Assembly: GCA_049320885.1 (NCBI GenBank)
Contig: JBMORA010000027.1
Location: 1-64,000, forward strand
Direction: 5' to 3'
Source of the DNA: Thermodesulfobacteriota bacterium
GTDB taxonomy: Bacteria > Desulfobacterota > Desulfobacteria > Desulfobacterales > SURF-7
DNA length: 64,000 bases
Below are positions 7,301 through 17,573 of this stretch, in pieces. Made by a program: the position numbers and the translations under genes. The notes beneath the pieces were generated by a model that saw nothing but the letters and a program-made list of their open reading frames with translations, was not told the origin of the DNA and searched no databases. Every line of letters begins with the position of its first letter. The first letter of the stretch is position 1.

Positions 7301-10024
7301 ATGGATATCAGCGTGGAGTTCATCGCCCACTGGCGCAAGCCCCTTGGCGGCCTCCGGGAACGTCTGGATCAGGGGTTGCAAAAGGGCATCGACACGGGGG
7401 ATTTCAATTTTTCAGCCCTGATTCTGACCCATTTCATCTGGAACGGCTATTTCCTGGGACACCGGCTGGACCGGATCGAAGCGGAATGCCGCAAGGCCAT
7501 CGCTTTTCTGGCGCCCATCCGCAACCCCATCCGCTGGATCATGCACATCGCCCTGGGATTGATCGCCGCTTTACGGGGACAGTCCGGAGACCCGTTTGAT
7601 TTCGACACCGGGCAGTACAGCGAAAGCCGGATGAAAAAAACTCAAAACATCGCCTTGTTGTACTGGAGCAGCCTCCTCAAGCTGCACCTGTGCATATTGC
7701 TGCGGGAGTACGGAAAGGCGGAAGAATACATAGCCGAGTGCCGGAAGAATCTCCCGGGGGCTTACGCCAGCCCGATTTTCGCCGAGTTCTATTTTCTGGC
7801 CCTTCTGGTGAAAACCGCCGGCCGGGATTCGTCCCCTGGCGGTCGGAAGAAGCGTCTACCGGCGACCGTGAGACGGCACCTCGGAAAACTGCGGAAATGG
7901 GCCGACAATTGCCCGGAAAACTACGGGCACAAATATTTCCTGGCGAGCGCGGAGATGGCGCGGATCAAGGGGGATGCCGGCAAGGCGGAGGCGCTCTATG
8001 ACCGGGCGATCGCATCGGCCCGGGAGAACGGCATGCTGCACCATGCGGCCCTGGCCGCCGAGTACGCGGCCCATTTCTGGGAAGGCAGGGGCAAGCCGAG
8101 GATCGCGTCGGCCTACCGCAGGGAAGCCCTGGACCTCTATGCGGAATGGGGCGCGACCTTCAAGGTGGAATGGCTGCGCAATCGGTATCCGGATTTGCGG
8201 CCACCGGGACCGGAAAACCAGCGGATCGCCGGGGAACGAAGGGGTGACGGCGCGGTGCTGGATCAGATGGACTACCTCACCGTGGTGAATTCCCTGCAGG
8301 CCATTTCCACGGAAATCGTGCTGGAAAACCTGCTCAAGCGCCTGATGAAGACCGTGATGGAGAATGCCGGCGCCGGCCGTGGGCTTTTTATTTCCGTGGA
8401 CGACGGAAAATTGACCGTGGAAGCCGAAGCCTCCGTTTCGTACCTCGACGATTCCGGCAGCGGCGCCGGGGTGCAGACCCTGGTGCGGCAACAGTCGCTT
8501 TCGAACCGCGGCGACCTGTTGCTGCCCGCCGTCCATCAGGTCGTTCAGAGCCGCGGTTCCATCGTGCTGGACGACGCATCCGGTCAGGGCGGTTTTGGGT
8601 CCGATCCCTATGTGATTCGGGAGCGGCCGCGTTCCATCCTGTGCCTGCCGGTGATTTGCCGGAATCGTCTGGCGGGACTGCTGTATCTGGAGAACAACAA
8701 GGCCAGGGGGGCCTTTACGCCCAATCGCATCGGCGTGCTGGAATTGCTGGCCTCCCAGGCGGCCATCTCCCTAGAAAACGCGCGGTTGTACGAGAACATC
8801 AAACACGCGGAAGAACGGATGAAAAACATTCTGGAAACCGCCAACGAAGGGTTCTGGGAGGTGGATGCCAGGGGATTCACCCGGGACGTCAATCCGGAGA
8901 TGTGCCGGATACTCGGCCGCCGGAGGGAGGAAGTGGTGGGACGGCATATTTTTGAATTCGGCAGCGAAACGAGCATCGCCGAGTCCAAGCGCCAGAAGGA
9001 GATATTGCAGCGCGGGGAAAAGCTGACCTACGAGGCGGCGGCCCTCCGTCCGGACGGGACGGAAGTCATGTGCCTGTTCAAGGCCACGCCGCTGTTCCAG
9101 GGGGATCGTCATACCGGGGCTTTTTCCATGGTTTCGGACATCACCGAACGCAGGAAGGCGGAGGAGGAAATCCGCAAACTCAACGCCGATCTGGAGCGGC
9201 GGGTGTCGGAGCGGACCCTGGAGCTCAAGGCCACCCTCAAAAAGGTGGAAAGAGCCAACCGCCACATGCTGGAAAGCATCCGCTACGCCAAAACCATTCA
9301 GCAGGCCCTGCTGCCGGATGCCGACTGGGTAACGTCCTTACTGCCGGCGAGTTTTTTCATCTATGAACCCAAGGAAATGATCGGCGGCGATATCTACCAT
9401 GTGGAGCAGACCGAGGATGGATTCGTCGTCGCCGTGATGGACTGCACCGGTCACGGGGTTCCCGGGGCTTTCATGACCATGATCGCCGCCTCGGCCTTTC
9501 AAACCATCTCCCGGGATGAAGGCTGCCATGATCCGGCGGAGATGTTGCAGCGCCTCAATTATATCGTCAAGACATCGCTGCAGCAGGACACGGGGCGCGC
9601 CTTATCCGACGACGGTCTGGACGCCGCGGTCTGCCGGGTGGACCTGTCGAAGAGGTTGCTGACCTATGCCGGAGCCCGCCTGCCGTTGTTGATCTTTTCC
9701 GAAGGCGGTTTCCGGTTGATCAAGGGGGATCGCCGGAGCATCGGCTATGCCTCCTCGGATCTGGGACTTACATTCACGAACCATGACATCCCCTTGAACG
9801 CGGAGACCCGGGTCTACCTCTACACGGACGGCTTCATCGACCAGCTGGGAGGTTTGCGGCGCCGGCGTTTCAGCAGCCGGCGGTTGCGGGAGCTGTTGCA
9901 GGAGAATGTCCACAGGCCCTTTCCGGGTCAGCGCGAAACCCTGCTGAAGGCCTTCCGCAAGCACAAGGGCATGAACGAACAACAGGATGATGTCACCGTG
10001 ATCGGCTTCGCTCCACCGCTCTGA
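4394..10024 (+). CDS. Multidomain sensor: Ser/Thr kinase-like + AAA ATPase + helical region + GAF + PAS + SpoIIE/PP2C phosphatase (SiaA position)
   Basis: YISPEQTGR and DMYSLG kinase motifs; GYPGIGKS Walker A, LFLDDLQWAD Walker B; LYLENN GAF; PAS ending DITERR; GGDIY, DCTGHGVPGA, YTDG, DDVT PP2C motifs. Confidence 0.9.
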   Translation: MAPSSVSINGVAETLSENEFRLVLRVRGGDSEPPVLVHQLKSPAATRDEEVRFAREYEIIRGLSLPGLVTTRDVRKADGGWQVVLEDFQGVDLKSLIAAGPLEIRDFLTIAMQLAETLGQIHQAGLIHRAVRPAHILVAPETRGAKLHSFGIETLLTHEDRRLTRDYIAGILPYISPEQTGRMNRSVDYRTDMYSLGVTLYEMITGRLPFQSDDPMELIHAHIARTPREPHEVRSGLPAPLDRIILRLLAKTAEERYQNCFGLLADLSICRDSLQRSGRIEAFELGRRDISMRFNIPQKLVGREQEIGRFLGIFERVAGGCCEMMLVSGYPGIGKSALIHEIHKPIVARRGYFISGKYEQFRRDVPYSSIIQAFQGLIQQILTEEPARTEEWKLRLQNALGPNGGVITEVIPSLEILIGPQPEPLRLGPEESQNRFNLVFRNFAGVFAGERHPLVLFLDDLQWADTASLNLIRTIMTGEDLRYSLIIGAYRHNEVGEVHPLKRILEDISRSGGRLHDMFLGPITVENVRDFLMEIVKTDRAAIQPLADLVHAKTGGNPFFVNQFMKSLYDGKLLLPDPRAGWQWDVEKIQRMQVTDNVVELLSRKIVGLKPETREILKIGACVGNRFDLETLSAVMNRSMEQVVRDMTEAIDEGLVAVDTFFVFRHDRIQEAAYSLIPESDARGIHLRIGRLFLDHLAAWEKEKKVFYVVNQLNLGRELLTTPAERRELAELNRIAARRARESNAYDPALKYIDVGMALLETDCWETQYDLAFGIHLERAECEYANARYEQAERLFDLLLEKAEPGLARAAIHHRKVSLYASMVLSTRALQEGLSGLRQLGVMIPERPGRHTVWLEMSILRIRCRRDRIERLLHLPEMTDRKMKLVMEILALLLDSAYYTNQQLLVLLLIKMIRLSMTHGNSPASAMGYCGYGMLMGSAFGDYRKGLALGELALQVHQRYHDPRFSCKLMDISVEFIAHWRKPLGGLRERLDQGLQKGIDTGDFNFSALILTHFIWNGYFLGHRLDRIEAECRKAIAFLAPIRNPIRWIMHIALGLIAALRGQSGDPFDFDTGQYSESRMKKTQNIALLYWSSLLKLHLCILLREYGKAEEYIAECRKNLPGAYASPIFAEFYFLALLVKTAGRDSSPGGRKKRLPATVRRHLGKLRKWADNCPENYGHKYFLASAEMARIKGDAGKAEALYDRAIASARENGMLHHAALAAEYAAHFWEGRGKPRIASAYRREALDLYAEWGATFKVEWLRNRYPDLRPPGPENQRIAGERRGDGAVLDQMDYLTVVNSLQAISTEIVLENLLKRLMKTVMENAGAGRGLFISVDDGKLTVEAEASVSYLDDSGSGAGVQTLVRQQSLSNRGDLLLPAVHQVVQSRGSIVLDDASGQGGFGSDPYVIRERPRSILCLPVICRNRLAGLLYLENNKARGAFTPNRIGVLELLASQAAISLENARLYENIKHAEERMKNILETANEGFWEVDARGFTRDVNPEMCRILGRRREEVVGRHIFEFGSETSIAESKRQKEILQRGEKLTYEAAALRPDGTEVMCLFKATPLFQGDRHTGAFSMVSDITERRKAEEEIRKLNADLERRVSERTLELKATLKKVERANRHMLESIRYAKTIQQALLPDADWVTSLLPASFFIYEPKEMIGGDIYHVEQTEDGFVVAVMDCTGHGVPGAFMTMIAASAFQTISRDEGCHDPAEMLQRLNYIVKTSLQQDTGRALSDDGLDAAVCRVDLSKRLLTYAGARLPLLIFSEGGFRLIKGDRRSIGYASSDLGLTFTNHDIPLNAETRVYLYTDGFIDQLGGLRRRRFSSRRLRELLQENVHRPFPGQRETLLKAFRKHKGMNEQQDDVTVIGFAPPL

Positions 10025-10071
10025 CTTCGCGTGGAACGAAACCGCGCAGACGGAAACAAGGAGAAAAACGG

Positions 10072-10626
10072 ATGTTGACAGAACTGTACGACGTCAAGGA
10101 AGGGTTGAGCCGCCGGAAAGTGATTTTCTGCTTTTTCGGCCCGATCTCCCAGGTATTGATGGTGGAGATCGGGGACATCCTGAAAAAGAAGATGATGCTG
10201 GGTGAAACCAGCAAATCCGTGGGCGCCAGGGTTTTTTCCGTTCTGGTGGAGCAGGTCCAGAACATCATCCGGTATTCGGATGAAAAATATCCGGTGGATA
10301 CTTCGGTGTATCAGGTGGATCAGCTCAGCGTCGGAATCGTCTCCGTGGGGCTGGAGGGGGATTATTGCGCGGTCACCAGCGGGAACCGGGTGGACAATGC
10401 CAAAACGGTCGAATTGCGCGACAGGCTTGAAAAAATAGTGGGAATGAGCAAGGAAGACCTGAAACTGTATTACAAGGAACAGCGCCGGGTGGAATCGGAT
10501 GAAGCCGGCAAGGGCGCCGGATTGGGATTCATCGAGATGGCCAGGAGGGCCGGCAGGCCCCTGATGTACGACATCCGCCGGATGGATGAGCGGCATTCTT
10601 TTTTTACGCTGAAAGTTCTGGTATAA
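10072..10626 (+). CDS. siaB: SiaB family protein kinase
   Basis: FSVLVEQVQNIIRYS...SGN...GAGLGFIEMARR; lies between the PP2C gene and the siaC-like gene. Confidence 0.85.
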   Translation: MLTELYDVKEGLSRRKVIFCFFGPISQVLMVEIGDILKKKMMLGETSKSVGARVFSVLVEQVQNIIRYSDEKYPVDTSVYQVDQLSVGIVSVGLEGDYCAVTSGNRVDNAKTVELRDRLEKIVGMSKEDLKLYYKEQRRVESDEAGKGAGLGFIEMARRAGRPLMYDIRRMDERHSFFTLKVLV

Positions 10627-10638
10627 TTGGAGACCGAC

Positions 10639-11031
10639 ATGGATATTCTCAAGCTGGAAGCCACCAAATACACGCCCGACATCTGTTTCGACCCGGACAG
10701 GCAACTGCTGAGCATCCGGGGGGAGTCGTATCCGGAAAACACGATGGAGTTTTACGCGCCGGTGTTCGAATGCCTGAAAGACTATCTGGCCCTGCCGGAT
10801 GATCCGCCCCTGACCGTGGATGTGGAGCTGATCTATTTCAACAGTAGCTCCTCCAAAACGCTCATCAATCTGTTCGACCTGCTGGACGGCGCGGCCCGGG
10901 AAGGCCGAACCATTACCATCAACTGGATATACGAAACGGACGATGAGGACAACCTGGAATTCGGCGAGGAATTCGCCGAGGACCTGGAACATGTCCGGTT
11001 CAACCTGGTGGAGAAGGACGCGGAAAGGTAA
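10639..11031 (+). CDS. siaC: SiaC family phospho-switch protein (DUF1987)
   Basis: TPDICFD...IRGESYPEN...FYAP...YFNSSSSK...NWIY...GEEF; GGAG RBS before ATG 10639. Confidence 0.88.
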   Translation: MDILKLEATKYTPDICFDPDRQLLSIRGESYPENTMEFYAPVFECLKDYLALPDDPPLTVDVELIYFNSSSSKTLINLFDLLDGAAREGRTITINWIYETDDEDNLEFGEEFAEDLEHVRFNLVEKDAER

Positions 11032-11035
11032 AAGC

Positions 11036-11066
11036 AATTACGAATTGGAAATTACGAATTACGAAT
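11036..11066 (+). repeat. AATTACG heptamer tandem element, copy 1
   Basis: AATTACG AATTGGA AATTACG AATTACG AAT. Confidence 0.85.
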
Positions 11067-11778
11067 GATGGAAGAAGCCCTTTTTAAAACCGAGGAAAAA
11101 ATTATCCGGCGGGCCGAGGAGATGCTGAAAGGCGGCTTCCGGGAAACGGCGCATCCCGACCGGGAGTTTGAACAGCTGCTGGAAAGCTACAAGAAGATGT
11201 ACAAACAGTTGCGGCGGCTGATCAGGATCAATGACAAACAGGCGAAAAAACTGAACGAGGCCAATGAACTGTTGACCCGGCTCAGCACCGTCGACGACCT
11301 GACCGGCGTCAACAACCGGCGTTTCTTTGACGAGCGTTTTGTCATGGAATGGCAACGAGCCTGCCGCCGGCAATCGACGCTCTCCCTGATTCTGGCGGAT
11401 ATCGACTTCTTCAAGCAGATCAACGACAACCATGGTCACCAGGCGGGGGACGCATGCCTGAAAACCATCGCCCGGAACCTGAAGGAGTTGTTTCGCAGAT
11501 CCACGGATGTGGTGGCGCGATACGGGGGCGAGGAGTTCTGCGTGCTGCTGCCCGACCAGCCCCGTAACGAAGTGGAAGTCATGGCCGATTCCCTGCGCCG
11601 GATGGTGGCGGACCTGGAGATTTGTCATGAAAATCTGCGGATCAAAACCACCATCAGCATCGGGGTGGCGACCCGGACACCGGATTCACCGGATGGCTGG
11701 AGCCGGATGCTGCACATCACCGACAGCGCCTTGTACCGGGCCAAGCAGACCGGCCGCAACCGCGTATGCGTGGCATAA
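11065..11778 (+). CDS. SiaD-like diguanylate cyclase
   Basis: N-terminal coiled coil (RLIRINDKQ), DDLTG, DIDFFK, RSTD I-site, GGEEF active site. Confidence 0.9.
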   Translation: MMEEALFKTEEKIIRRAEEMLKGGFRETAHPDREFEQLLESYKKMYKQLRRLIRINDKQAKKLNEANELLTRLSTVDDLTGVNNRRFFDERFVMEWQRACRRQSTLSLILADIDFFKQINDNHGHQAGDACLKTIARNLKELFRRSTDVVARYGGEEFCVLLPDQPRNEVEVMADSLRRMVADLEICHENLRIKTTISIGVATRTPDSPDGWSRMLHITDSALYRAKQTGRNRVCVA

Positions 11779-11815
11779 GACCCCGCCCGCCAGCAATATC
11801 CCAATCCTATCCATC

Positions 11816-11846
11816 ATTCGTAATTCGTAATTCCTAATTCGTAATT
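11816..11846 (-). repeat. AATTACG heptamer tandem element, copy 2 (inverted)
   Basis: Reverse complement reads AATTACG AATTAGG AATTACG AATTACG AAT. Confidence 0.85.
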
Positions 11847-13231
11847 ATCCTCTCCAGCTTTGCCACCGCCTCGATATGGTAGGTGTGCGGAAACATATCC
11901 ACCGGCTGGACCTCCGACAGTCGGTAGACCTCCTTCATCAGCCCCAGATCCCTTGCCAGGGTGGCGGGATTGCAGGAGACGTAGACGATCCGTTCCGGCG
12001 CCATGTCCAGCACCTGCCGGACGACATCCTTGTGCATGCCGTCCCGGGGCGGATCGATGATCATGACGTCCGGGGCCCTGGTGATCCGGCATAGGGATTC
12101 GCGGATATCCCCGGCAATGAAACGGCAATTGCCGATGCCATGAGCGCCGCAATTGCGCTCCGCATCCGCCACGGCGCTGGGAACGATTTCCAGCCCGATG
12201 ACTTCCCGGGCGTCCCCCGAAAGCCAGATGGGAATGGTGCCGGTGCCGCTGTAGAGGTCCAGCACGGTCTCCCGGCCCGTCAAACCGGCGTATGCTTTCA
12301 CCTGATTGTACAAGGTTTCCGCTCCGGCCGTGTTGGTCTGAAAAAACGAATTGGCGGAGATTTCGAATTCCAGCGCCCCCAGTTTTTCCCGGATCACGGA
12401 GGCCCCGGCCAGGTTGATTTCATATTCCCCCGTGGCCACCCCCGCCTTGCGGGTCGTGATGTTGTTCACCACCGCCTGGACCCGGGGAAACGCCCGGATC
12501 AATTCGTCGGCCAGGGGCGTCAGCACCTTCCGTTCTTCCGCCGCGGTGATGATGTTGACCATCCAGCTGTCATGGGCCACGGAATGCCGCAGCATCAGGA
12601 AGCGCCAGAAGCCCTGATGACTGCGCAGCCCGTAAACGGGCAGGCCGGACCGCTTGATGCGCCCGCGCACAAAATCCAGCAGTTGGTTCCCGAGATCCGG
12701 CTGCAGCAGGCAGGCCTTGGTATCCAGGACCTTGTGATAGGTCCCCGGCACATGCAGACCGATGGCGAAATCCGTTTCCGATTGTTCCTCCTCGGATTCG
12801 AAAGGCAGCACCCAGCGGCGGTCGGAACAGGAAAACTCCATCTTGTTGCGGTAGCCGAAAATGCGCCGGGACGGCAGGGCCGGCAGCACCGTCGGGTCTT
12901 TCAGCAGCCCGATGTGGGTAAGGGCCTCGGCCACGTGACCGGTTTTATACGCCAGCTGTTTTTCATAATTCAGGAATTGCCATTTGCAGCCGCCGCAATG
13001 TCCGCTGTAGACACAGGGCGGATGAATGCGGTCGGCGGACGGCCGGAGGATCTCCTGCAGCCGGGCTTCCGCGTAGTTTTTTTTCTTTCCGGTCACCAGG
13101 GCCCTCACCCGGTCGCCGGGCGCGGCCTGGTCGACAAACACCGTGAATCCATCCGGCCTGGCCAGACCCTTGCCGCCGAAAGCCATTCCCGTGACGTCGA
13201 GTTCCAGGGTCTGCCCTTTCTTGATATCCAT
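11834..13231 (-). CDS. rlmD: 23S rRNA (uracil-5)-methyltransferase RlmD/RumA with TRAM domain
   Basis: CGGCKWQ Fe-S motif, YRNKMEF, SFFQTN, DLYSGTG, DPPR, YVSCNP, DMFPHT. Confidence 0.93.
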   Translation of the reverse strand: MDIKKGQTLELDVTGMAFGGKGLARPDGFTVFVDQAAPGDRVRALVTGKKKNYAEARLQEILRPSADRIHPPCVYSGHCGGCKWQFLNYEKQLAYKTGHVAEALTHIGLLKDPTVLPALPSRRIFGYRNKMEFSCSDRRWVLPFESEEEQSETDFAIGLHVPGTYHKVLDTKACLLQPDLGNQLLDFVRGRIKRSGLPVYGLRSHQGFWRFLMLRHSVAHDSWMVNIITAAEERKVLTPLADELIRAFPRVQAVVNNITTRKAGVATGEYEINLAGASVIREKLGALEFEISANSFFQTNTAGAETLYNQVKAYAGLTGRETVLDLYSGTGTIPIWLSGDAREVIGLEIVPSAVADAERNCGAHGIGNCRFIAGDIRESLCRITRAPDVMIIDPPRDGMHKDVVRQVLDMAPERIVYVSCNPATLARDLGLMKEVYRLSEVQPVDMFPHTYHIEAVAKLERIITN

Positions 13232-13321
13232 GCGCAATCCTCTTTTCAAATGACATTTTCCATGACAAACGAAACCGATTCGTTATATAGGGATAATACG
13301 ATTCACAATCAAGGAGTAAAA

Positions 13322-14056
13322 ATGGCCCCGCCGGATACGGCCCCCATCATCCCCATTCGATTTTCCATCGACGGTTATACCCTGAAAGGCTACCTCCATC
13401 TTCCGCCCCATGCCGCCAAACCGCCGGTGGTGATCGGTTCCCATGGTCTTTTCAGCGACGGCGGATCGCCCAAGCAAATCGCCCTGGCCGCCGAGTGCAA
13501 CCGCCTGGGCCTGGCTTTTTTCCGCTTTCATCATCGCGGCTGCGGCGAAAGTGCCGGGGATTTCGAAACGGCCACCTCCCTGGAAAACCGTTGCCGCGAT
13601 CTGCGCGCCGCCATTGAATTGCTCCGGGCCAGGCCGGAAACCGGCAACCGTTGCGGGATTTTCGGCAGCAGCATCGGCGGCGCCACCGCGCTTTCCCTGT
13701 GTTCCGGGTATCCCGTGGACGCCCTGGTGACACTGGCGGCGCCGGTGTGCAGCGCGCCGATCCTCGCCGCCGCCAAGAAAACCGGGGATTTGCGCGGCAT
13801 GAGCGTTTCTTTTTACGAAGAGCGTCTGACCTTCGACCTTTCGGCGTCGCTGCCGCTGATTTCCCGAATTCTGGTGATTCACGGAGAAGACGACCAGGTG
13901 GTGCCGGTGTCAAACGCTTACGCGATCCATGCCGGGGCCGCCGAACCCAAACGGTTGATCATCCAGCCCCATGGCGACCACCAGGTCACCCATCCGGAGC
14001 ACCAGACCCAGTTTATCCGTGAGGCCGGGGCCTGGTTTGCCTGCCGGCTGCGGTAA
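13322..14056 (+). CDS. Alpha/beta hydrolase
   Basis: HG oxyanion motif, RGCGES, GSSIGG nucleophile, HGEDD, GDH; AGGAG RBS. Confidence 0.85.
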   Translation: MAPPDTAPIIPIRFSIDGYTLKGYLHLPPHAAKPPVVIGSHGLFSDGGSPKQIALAAECNRLGLAFFRFHHRGCGESAGDFETATSLENRCRDLRAAIELLRARPETGNRCGIFGSSIGGATALSLCSGYPVDALVTLAAPVCSAPILAAAKKTGDLRGMSVSFYEERLTFDLSASLPLISRILVIHGEDDQVVPVSNAYAIHAGAAEPKRLIIQPHGDHQVTHPEHQTQFIREAGAWFACRLR

Positions 14057-14190
14057 ATTTTCCTTGCTTCTCTTTTCGTATCCCATTATGGTTATTTCTT
14101 GACACCGGAGAAGCAACCGCGGCCGGGACTCCCTCAGAAAACCTCCGGAAGCCCGGACCCAAACCGAACAGCAGGGAAACGATTCGAAAA

Positions 14191-15492
14191 ATGCGCAGAA
14201 ACATCGAACATGTCGGCTGGAATCAGCTCAGTTATGAGATCCGGGAAATTGTCGCCATCGGCCTGGAGCTGCAAAAACTGGGCGTCACCATCACCTGGGA
14301 AAATATCGGGGACCCGATTCAGAAGGGGGAAGCCGTTCCCGGATGGATCAAGGATATCATCGGACAACTGGCCACGGAAGACAAAACCTATGGGTATGTG
14401 GAAACCCAGGGCGTGCGGGAAACCCGGGAGTTCCTCGCAAAGATGGTGAACCAGCGGGACGGATACAAGATCACGGCGGATGAAATCCTCTTCTTTAACG
14501 GCCTGGGCGACGCCGTCGCCAAGATATTCACGTATTTGAAACGGGAAGCGCGGGTCATCGGCCCCTCGCCGGCCTACTCCACCCATTCGTCGGCGGAAGC
14601 GGCCCACTCGGGATACGATCATCTGACCTACGAACTGGATCCCGGCAAGAACTGGATGCCCGATCTGGAGGATATCGAAAACAAGGTCAAATACAACGAC
14701 GCCATCGCCGGCCTGCTGCTGATCAATCCCGACAACCCCACGGGAACGGTCTATTCGCGGGACCTTTTGGAGGCCATGGTGGATATCGCCCGGCGCTACG
14801 ACCTCTTCGTGATCTGCGATGAAATTTACGCCCACATCGTTTTCAACGGCGCCCAGACCGTGCACCTGAGCGAGGTCATCGGCGACGTGCCCGGAATGTC
14901 GCTGCGGGGGATTTCCAAGGAATTCCCCTGGCCCGGCGCCCGCTGCGGCTGGCTGGAAATTTTCAATCAGGACAAGCAACCGATTTTCAAACGGTATATC
15001 AAAAGCCTGCGGGACGCCAAGATGCTGGAGGTCTGCTCCACCAGCCTGCCCCAGTACGCCATCCCGCGCGTCATGGGCGACCCCCGCTATCTGACCCATC
15101 TGGAAGAACGGAAACGGATGTTCGAACGCCGGGCCAACGAAGCCTATGATTTTTTCTCCCGGATTCCGGGGGTTTTCGTCACCCGTCCCCATGGCGCTTT
15201 TTACATGGCGGTGCTGTTCGAAGAAGGAGTCTTGAATGACCGGCAGACCCTGGCCATTGAAAAACCGGCCGTGAAAGCCTTTGTGGAAGACCGGGTGAAA
15301 GGGGTCAAGGCCGATAAACGGTTTGTCTACTATCTGCTGGGCGCCACCGGAATCTGCGTCGTACCCCTGACGGGGTTCTGCTGCAAACGGGAAGGGTTCC
15401 GCATCACGCTCCTGGAAACGGATGACCGGAAACGGAGCTGGACCTGGGAGACCATTTCCGCAAGCATCCAGAAATACCTGGCCTCCGCCTGA
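14191..15492 (+). CDS. PLP-dependent aminotransferase class I/II (AlaA-like)
   Basis: NIGDP, INPDNPTG, DEIY, GISKEFPWPGARCGW. Confidence 0.9.
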   Translation: MRRNIEHVGWNQLSYEIREIVAIGLELQKLGVTITWENIGDPIQKGEAVPGWIKDIIGQLATEDKTYGYVETQGVRETREFLAKMVNQRDGYKITADEILFFNGLGDAVAKIFTYLKREARVIGPSPAYSTHSSAEAAHSGYDHLTYELDPGKNWMPDLEDIENKVKYNDAIAGLLLINPDNPTGTVYSRDLLEAMVDIARRYDLFVICDEIYAHIVFNGAQTVHLSEVIGDVPGMSLRGISKEFPWPGARCGWLEIFNQDKQPIFKRYIKSLRDAKMLEVCSTSLPQYAIPRVMGDPRYLTHLEERKRMFERRANEAYDFFSRIPGVFVTRPHGAFYMAVLFEEGVLNDRQTLAIEKPAVKAFVEDRVKGVKADKRFVYYLLGATGICVVPLTGFCCKREGFRITLLETDDRKRSWTWETISASIQKYLASA

Positions 15493-15497
15493 TGGAA

Positions 15498-15523
15498 CCG
15501 CCCCCCGGTCTGCCGGGGGGCGG
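15498..15523 (+). terminator. GC-rich hairpin after the aminotransferase gene
   Basis: CCGCCCCCCGG-TCTG-CCGGGGGGCGG, 11-bp stem; T-tract is not directly adjacent. Confidence 0.55.
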
Positions 15524-15538
15524 AAAGCAACCTTTTAT

Positions 15539-15567
15539 TTGACAAATCCGCGGGAAATTTATAGTAT
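15539..15567 (+). promoter_or_regulatory. sigma70-type promoter for the MCP gene
   Basis: TTGACA, 17 bp, TAGTAT. Confidence 0.55.
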
Positions 15568-15702
15568 ACATCCATTCATGACCGTTCCATCCGGAAACGG
15601 TCGCTTGTCTCACGCATGCCGGTTTCATAAATTCCATAACCCTTTTCGACAATCACAAGCAATATTTCCCGTTTACAACATCCTGCAAGGGAGGAAAAGC
15701 AT

Positions 15703-17544
15703 ATGTGGCGTTCGCTGAGCATTGCCAACAAGATCTGGCTGAGCCTTAGTATTTTGATCATCGGATATTTCGCGTCGATGGTCTTCGGGTATCTGAACGG
15801 CAGGAAAACCGAAGAACGGTTGCATGCGGTTTCAGAGGTGGTCTTTCCCGCAACCAGGCTCAGCCAGGCCGCGCTGACATCCTTCGACGAACAGGTCAAA
15901 CTTTACAAGGACGCGGTCCTGATGGGGGATACGGCCATGCTGGATACGGCCGGCGAACAGGCCAAGGAAGTCCGTCAATCCCTTAAGGCCGTGACGCAAC
16001 TCAAGGGCCTTTCCGCGGAGGCAACGGCGAAGATCGGCGCCGTCATCGAGGAACTGGAGGCTTTTTCCCGGTCGGCCGATGCCGTGTATCGGGCGATGAG
16101 CGGCAGCGAAAACGGCGCCGACACGGGAAAGGTGACCAAACTGGCCGAATCCACCCAGGGGATCCGGAAACGGCTGGAGGAAAGCTCCCGGGGGTTTGTG
16201 GACCAGCTCAAGGCCGAACTCTCATCGGTGAGCGCGGACACCCGCATCCAGCGCAACTACAACATGATAGCCTTTTTCGTGGTGGTGATGGGCTCCCTTG
16301 TCATCATCGGCCTGATCATCAACCGCTCCATCATCGCCCCCTTGAAAAAGACGGTCCATGCGCTCAATGAAGTGGCCCAGGGGGATCTGTCCATACGCCT
16401 GCCGGCCGGCAGGGACGAAGTCGGCAGAATGGGGGCGGCCCTGAACGCGGTGATGGAATCCCTGGGAATCAAGGCCGGGGCAGCCTCCCACATCGCCGCC
16501 GGGGATCTGCGCCAGGACATCCGGGCGGGTTCGCCCAAGGACGTTCTCGGCAAGGCCCTGGAAGCCATGATCGAAAGCCTGAACAACATCGTGGCGGAAC
16601 TCAATTTTTCCGCGGCCCAGGTGGACGCCGGCTCCCGGCAGATCGCCGATTCCAGCACCGCTCTTTCCCAGGGCGCCACCCAGCAGGCCGCGGCCATCGA
16701 GGAAATCACCAGCAGCATGACCGAGATCGGCTCGCAGACCAAAACCAACGCCGAAAACGCCTCCCAGGCCAATCAACTGGCCATGGCGGCCCGGGATGCC
16801 GTCCGCAACGGCATGAGCCAGATGGAGGCCATGGTGGCGGCCATGAACGCCATCAGCGAATCCAGCAATGAAATCGGGAAAATCATCAAAACCATCGACA
16901 GCATCGCCTTTCAGACCAATCTATTGGCCTTGAACGCCGCCGTGGAGGCCGCCCGGGCGGGAGCTCACGGCAAGGGGTTTGCCGTGGTGGCCCAGGAGGT
17001 CCGCAGCCTGGCGGTGCGCAGCGCCCAGGCGGCCCAGGAAACCGCCAATCTGATCGAAAAATCCATCGGGAAGGTGGCGGACGGCAATCAAATGGCCTCC
17101 CGGACATCCGAGGCGCTCCAGAAAATCAATGAAGGGGTCAGCCGGGTGACGGTTCTGGTGGGGGAAATCGCCACCGCCAGCAACGAACAGGCCCAGGGAA
17201 TCTCCCAGGTCAACCAGGGACTCGGCCAGGTGGACAGCGTCACCCAGAGAAACACGGCCAATGCCGAGGAGACTTCTTCGGCCGCCGAGACCCTGTCCGC
17301 CCAGGCGGCCCAGGTGCATCACCTGCTGAGGCGCTTCAAACTGAAGGACCAGATGCAATCCGCCGGGGCCATGGCCGATCAGGCCTATGAACCGGCCGAT
17401 GACATCGCCGGAAAACCCGGCCCGCCTCAACAACCGGCGATCATGGACGGATGGGGCGGGACAGCCGGCGCGACGCCGAAAAACCGGGTGGTCTCTCCGG
17501 AGCAGGTGATCGCCCTGGACGACGGTGAGTTCGGCAAATACTGA
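15703..17544 (+). CDS. Methyl-accepting chemotaxis protein
   Basis: Two TM segments, [36 protein letters not shown] hairpin, C-terminal EFGKY pentapeptide-like tail. Confidence 0.95.
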   Translation: MWRSLSIANKIWLSLSILIIGYFASMVFGYLNGRKTEERLHAVSEVVFPATRLSQAALTSFDEQVKLYKDAVLMGDTAMLDTAGEQAKEVRQSLKAVTQLKGLSAEATAKIGAVIEELEAFSRSADAVYRAMSGSENGADTGKVTKLAESTQGIRKRLEESSRGFVDQLKAELSSVSADTRIQRNYNMIAFFVVVMGSLVIIGLIINRSIIAPLKKTVHALNEVAQGDLSIRLPAGRDEVGRMGAALNAVMESLGIKAGAASHIAAGDLRQDIRAGSPKDVLGKALEAMIESLNNIVAELNFSAAQVDAGSRQIADSSTALSQGATQQAAAIEEITSSMTEIGSQTKTNAENASQANQLAMAARDAVRNGMSQMEAMVAAMNAISESSNEIGKIIKTIDSIAFQTNLLALNAAVEAARAGAHGKGFAVVAQEVRSLAVRSAQAAQETANLIEKSIGKVADGNQMASRTSEALQKINEGVSRVTVLVGEIATASNEQAQGISQVNQGLGQVDSVTQRNTANAEETSSAAETLSAQAAQVHHLLRRFKLKDQMQSAGAMADQAYEPADDIAGKPGPPQQPAIMDGWGGTAGATPKNRVVSPEQVIALDDGEFGKY

Positions 17545-17573
17545 ACCCCTCTCCGGCTCCGGCGGCTCCACCC

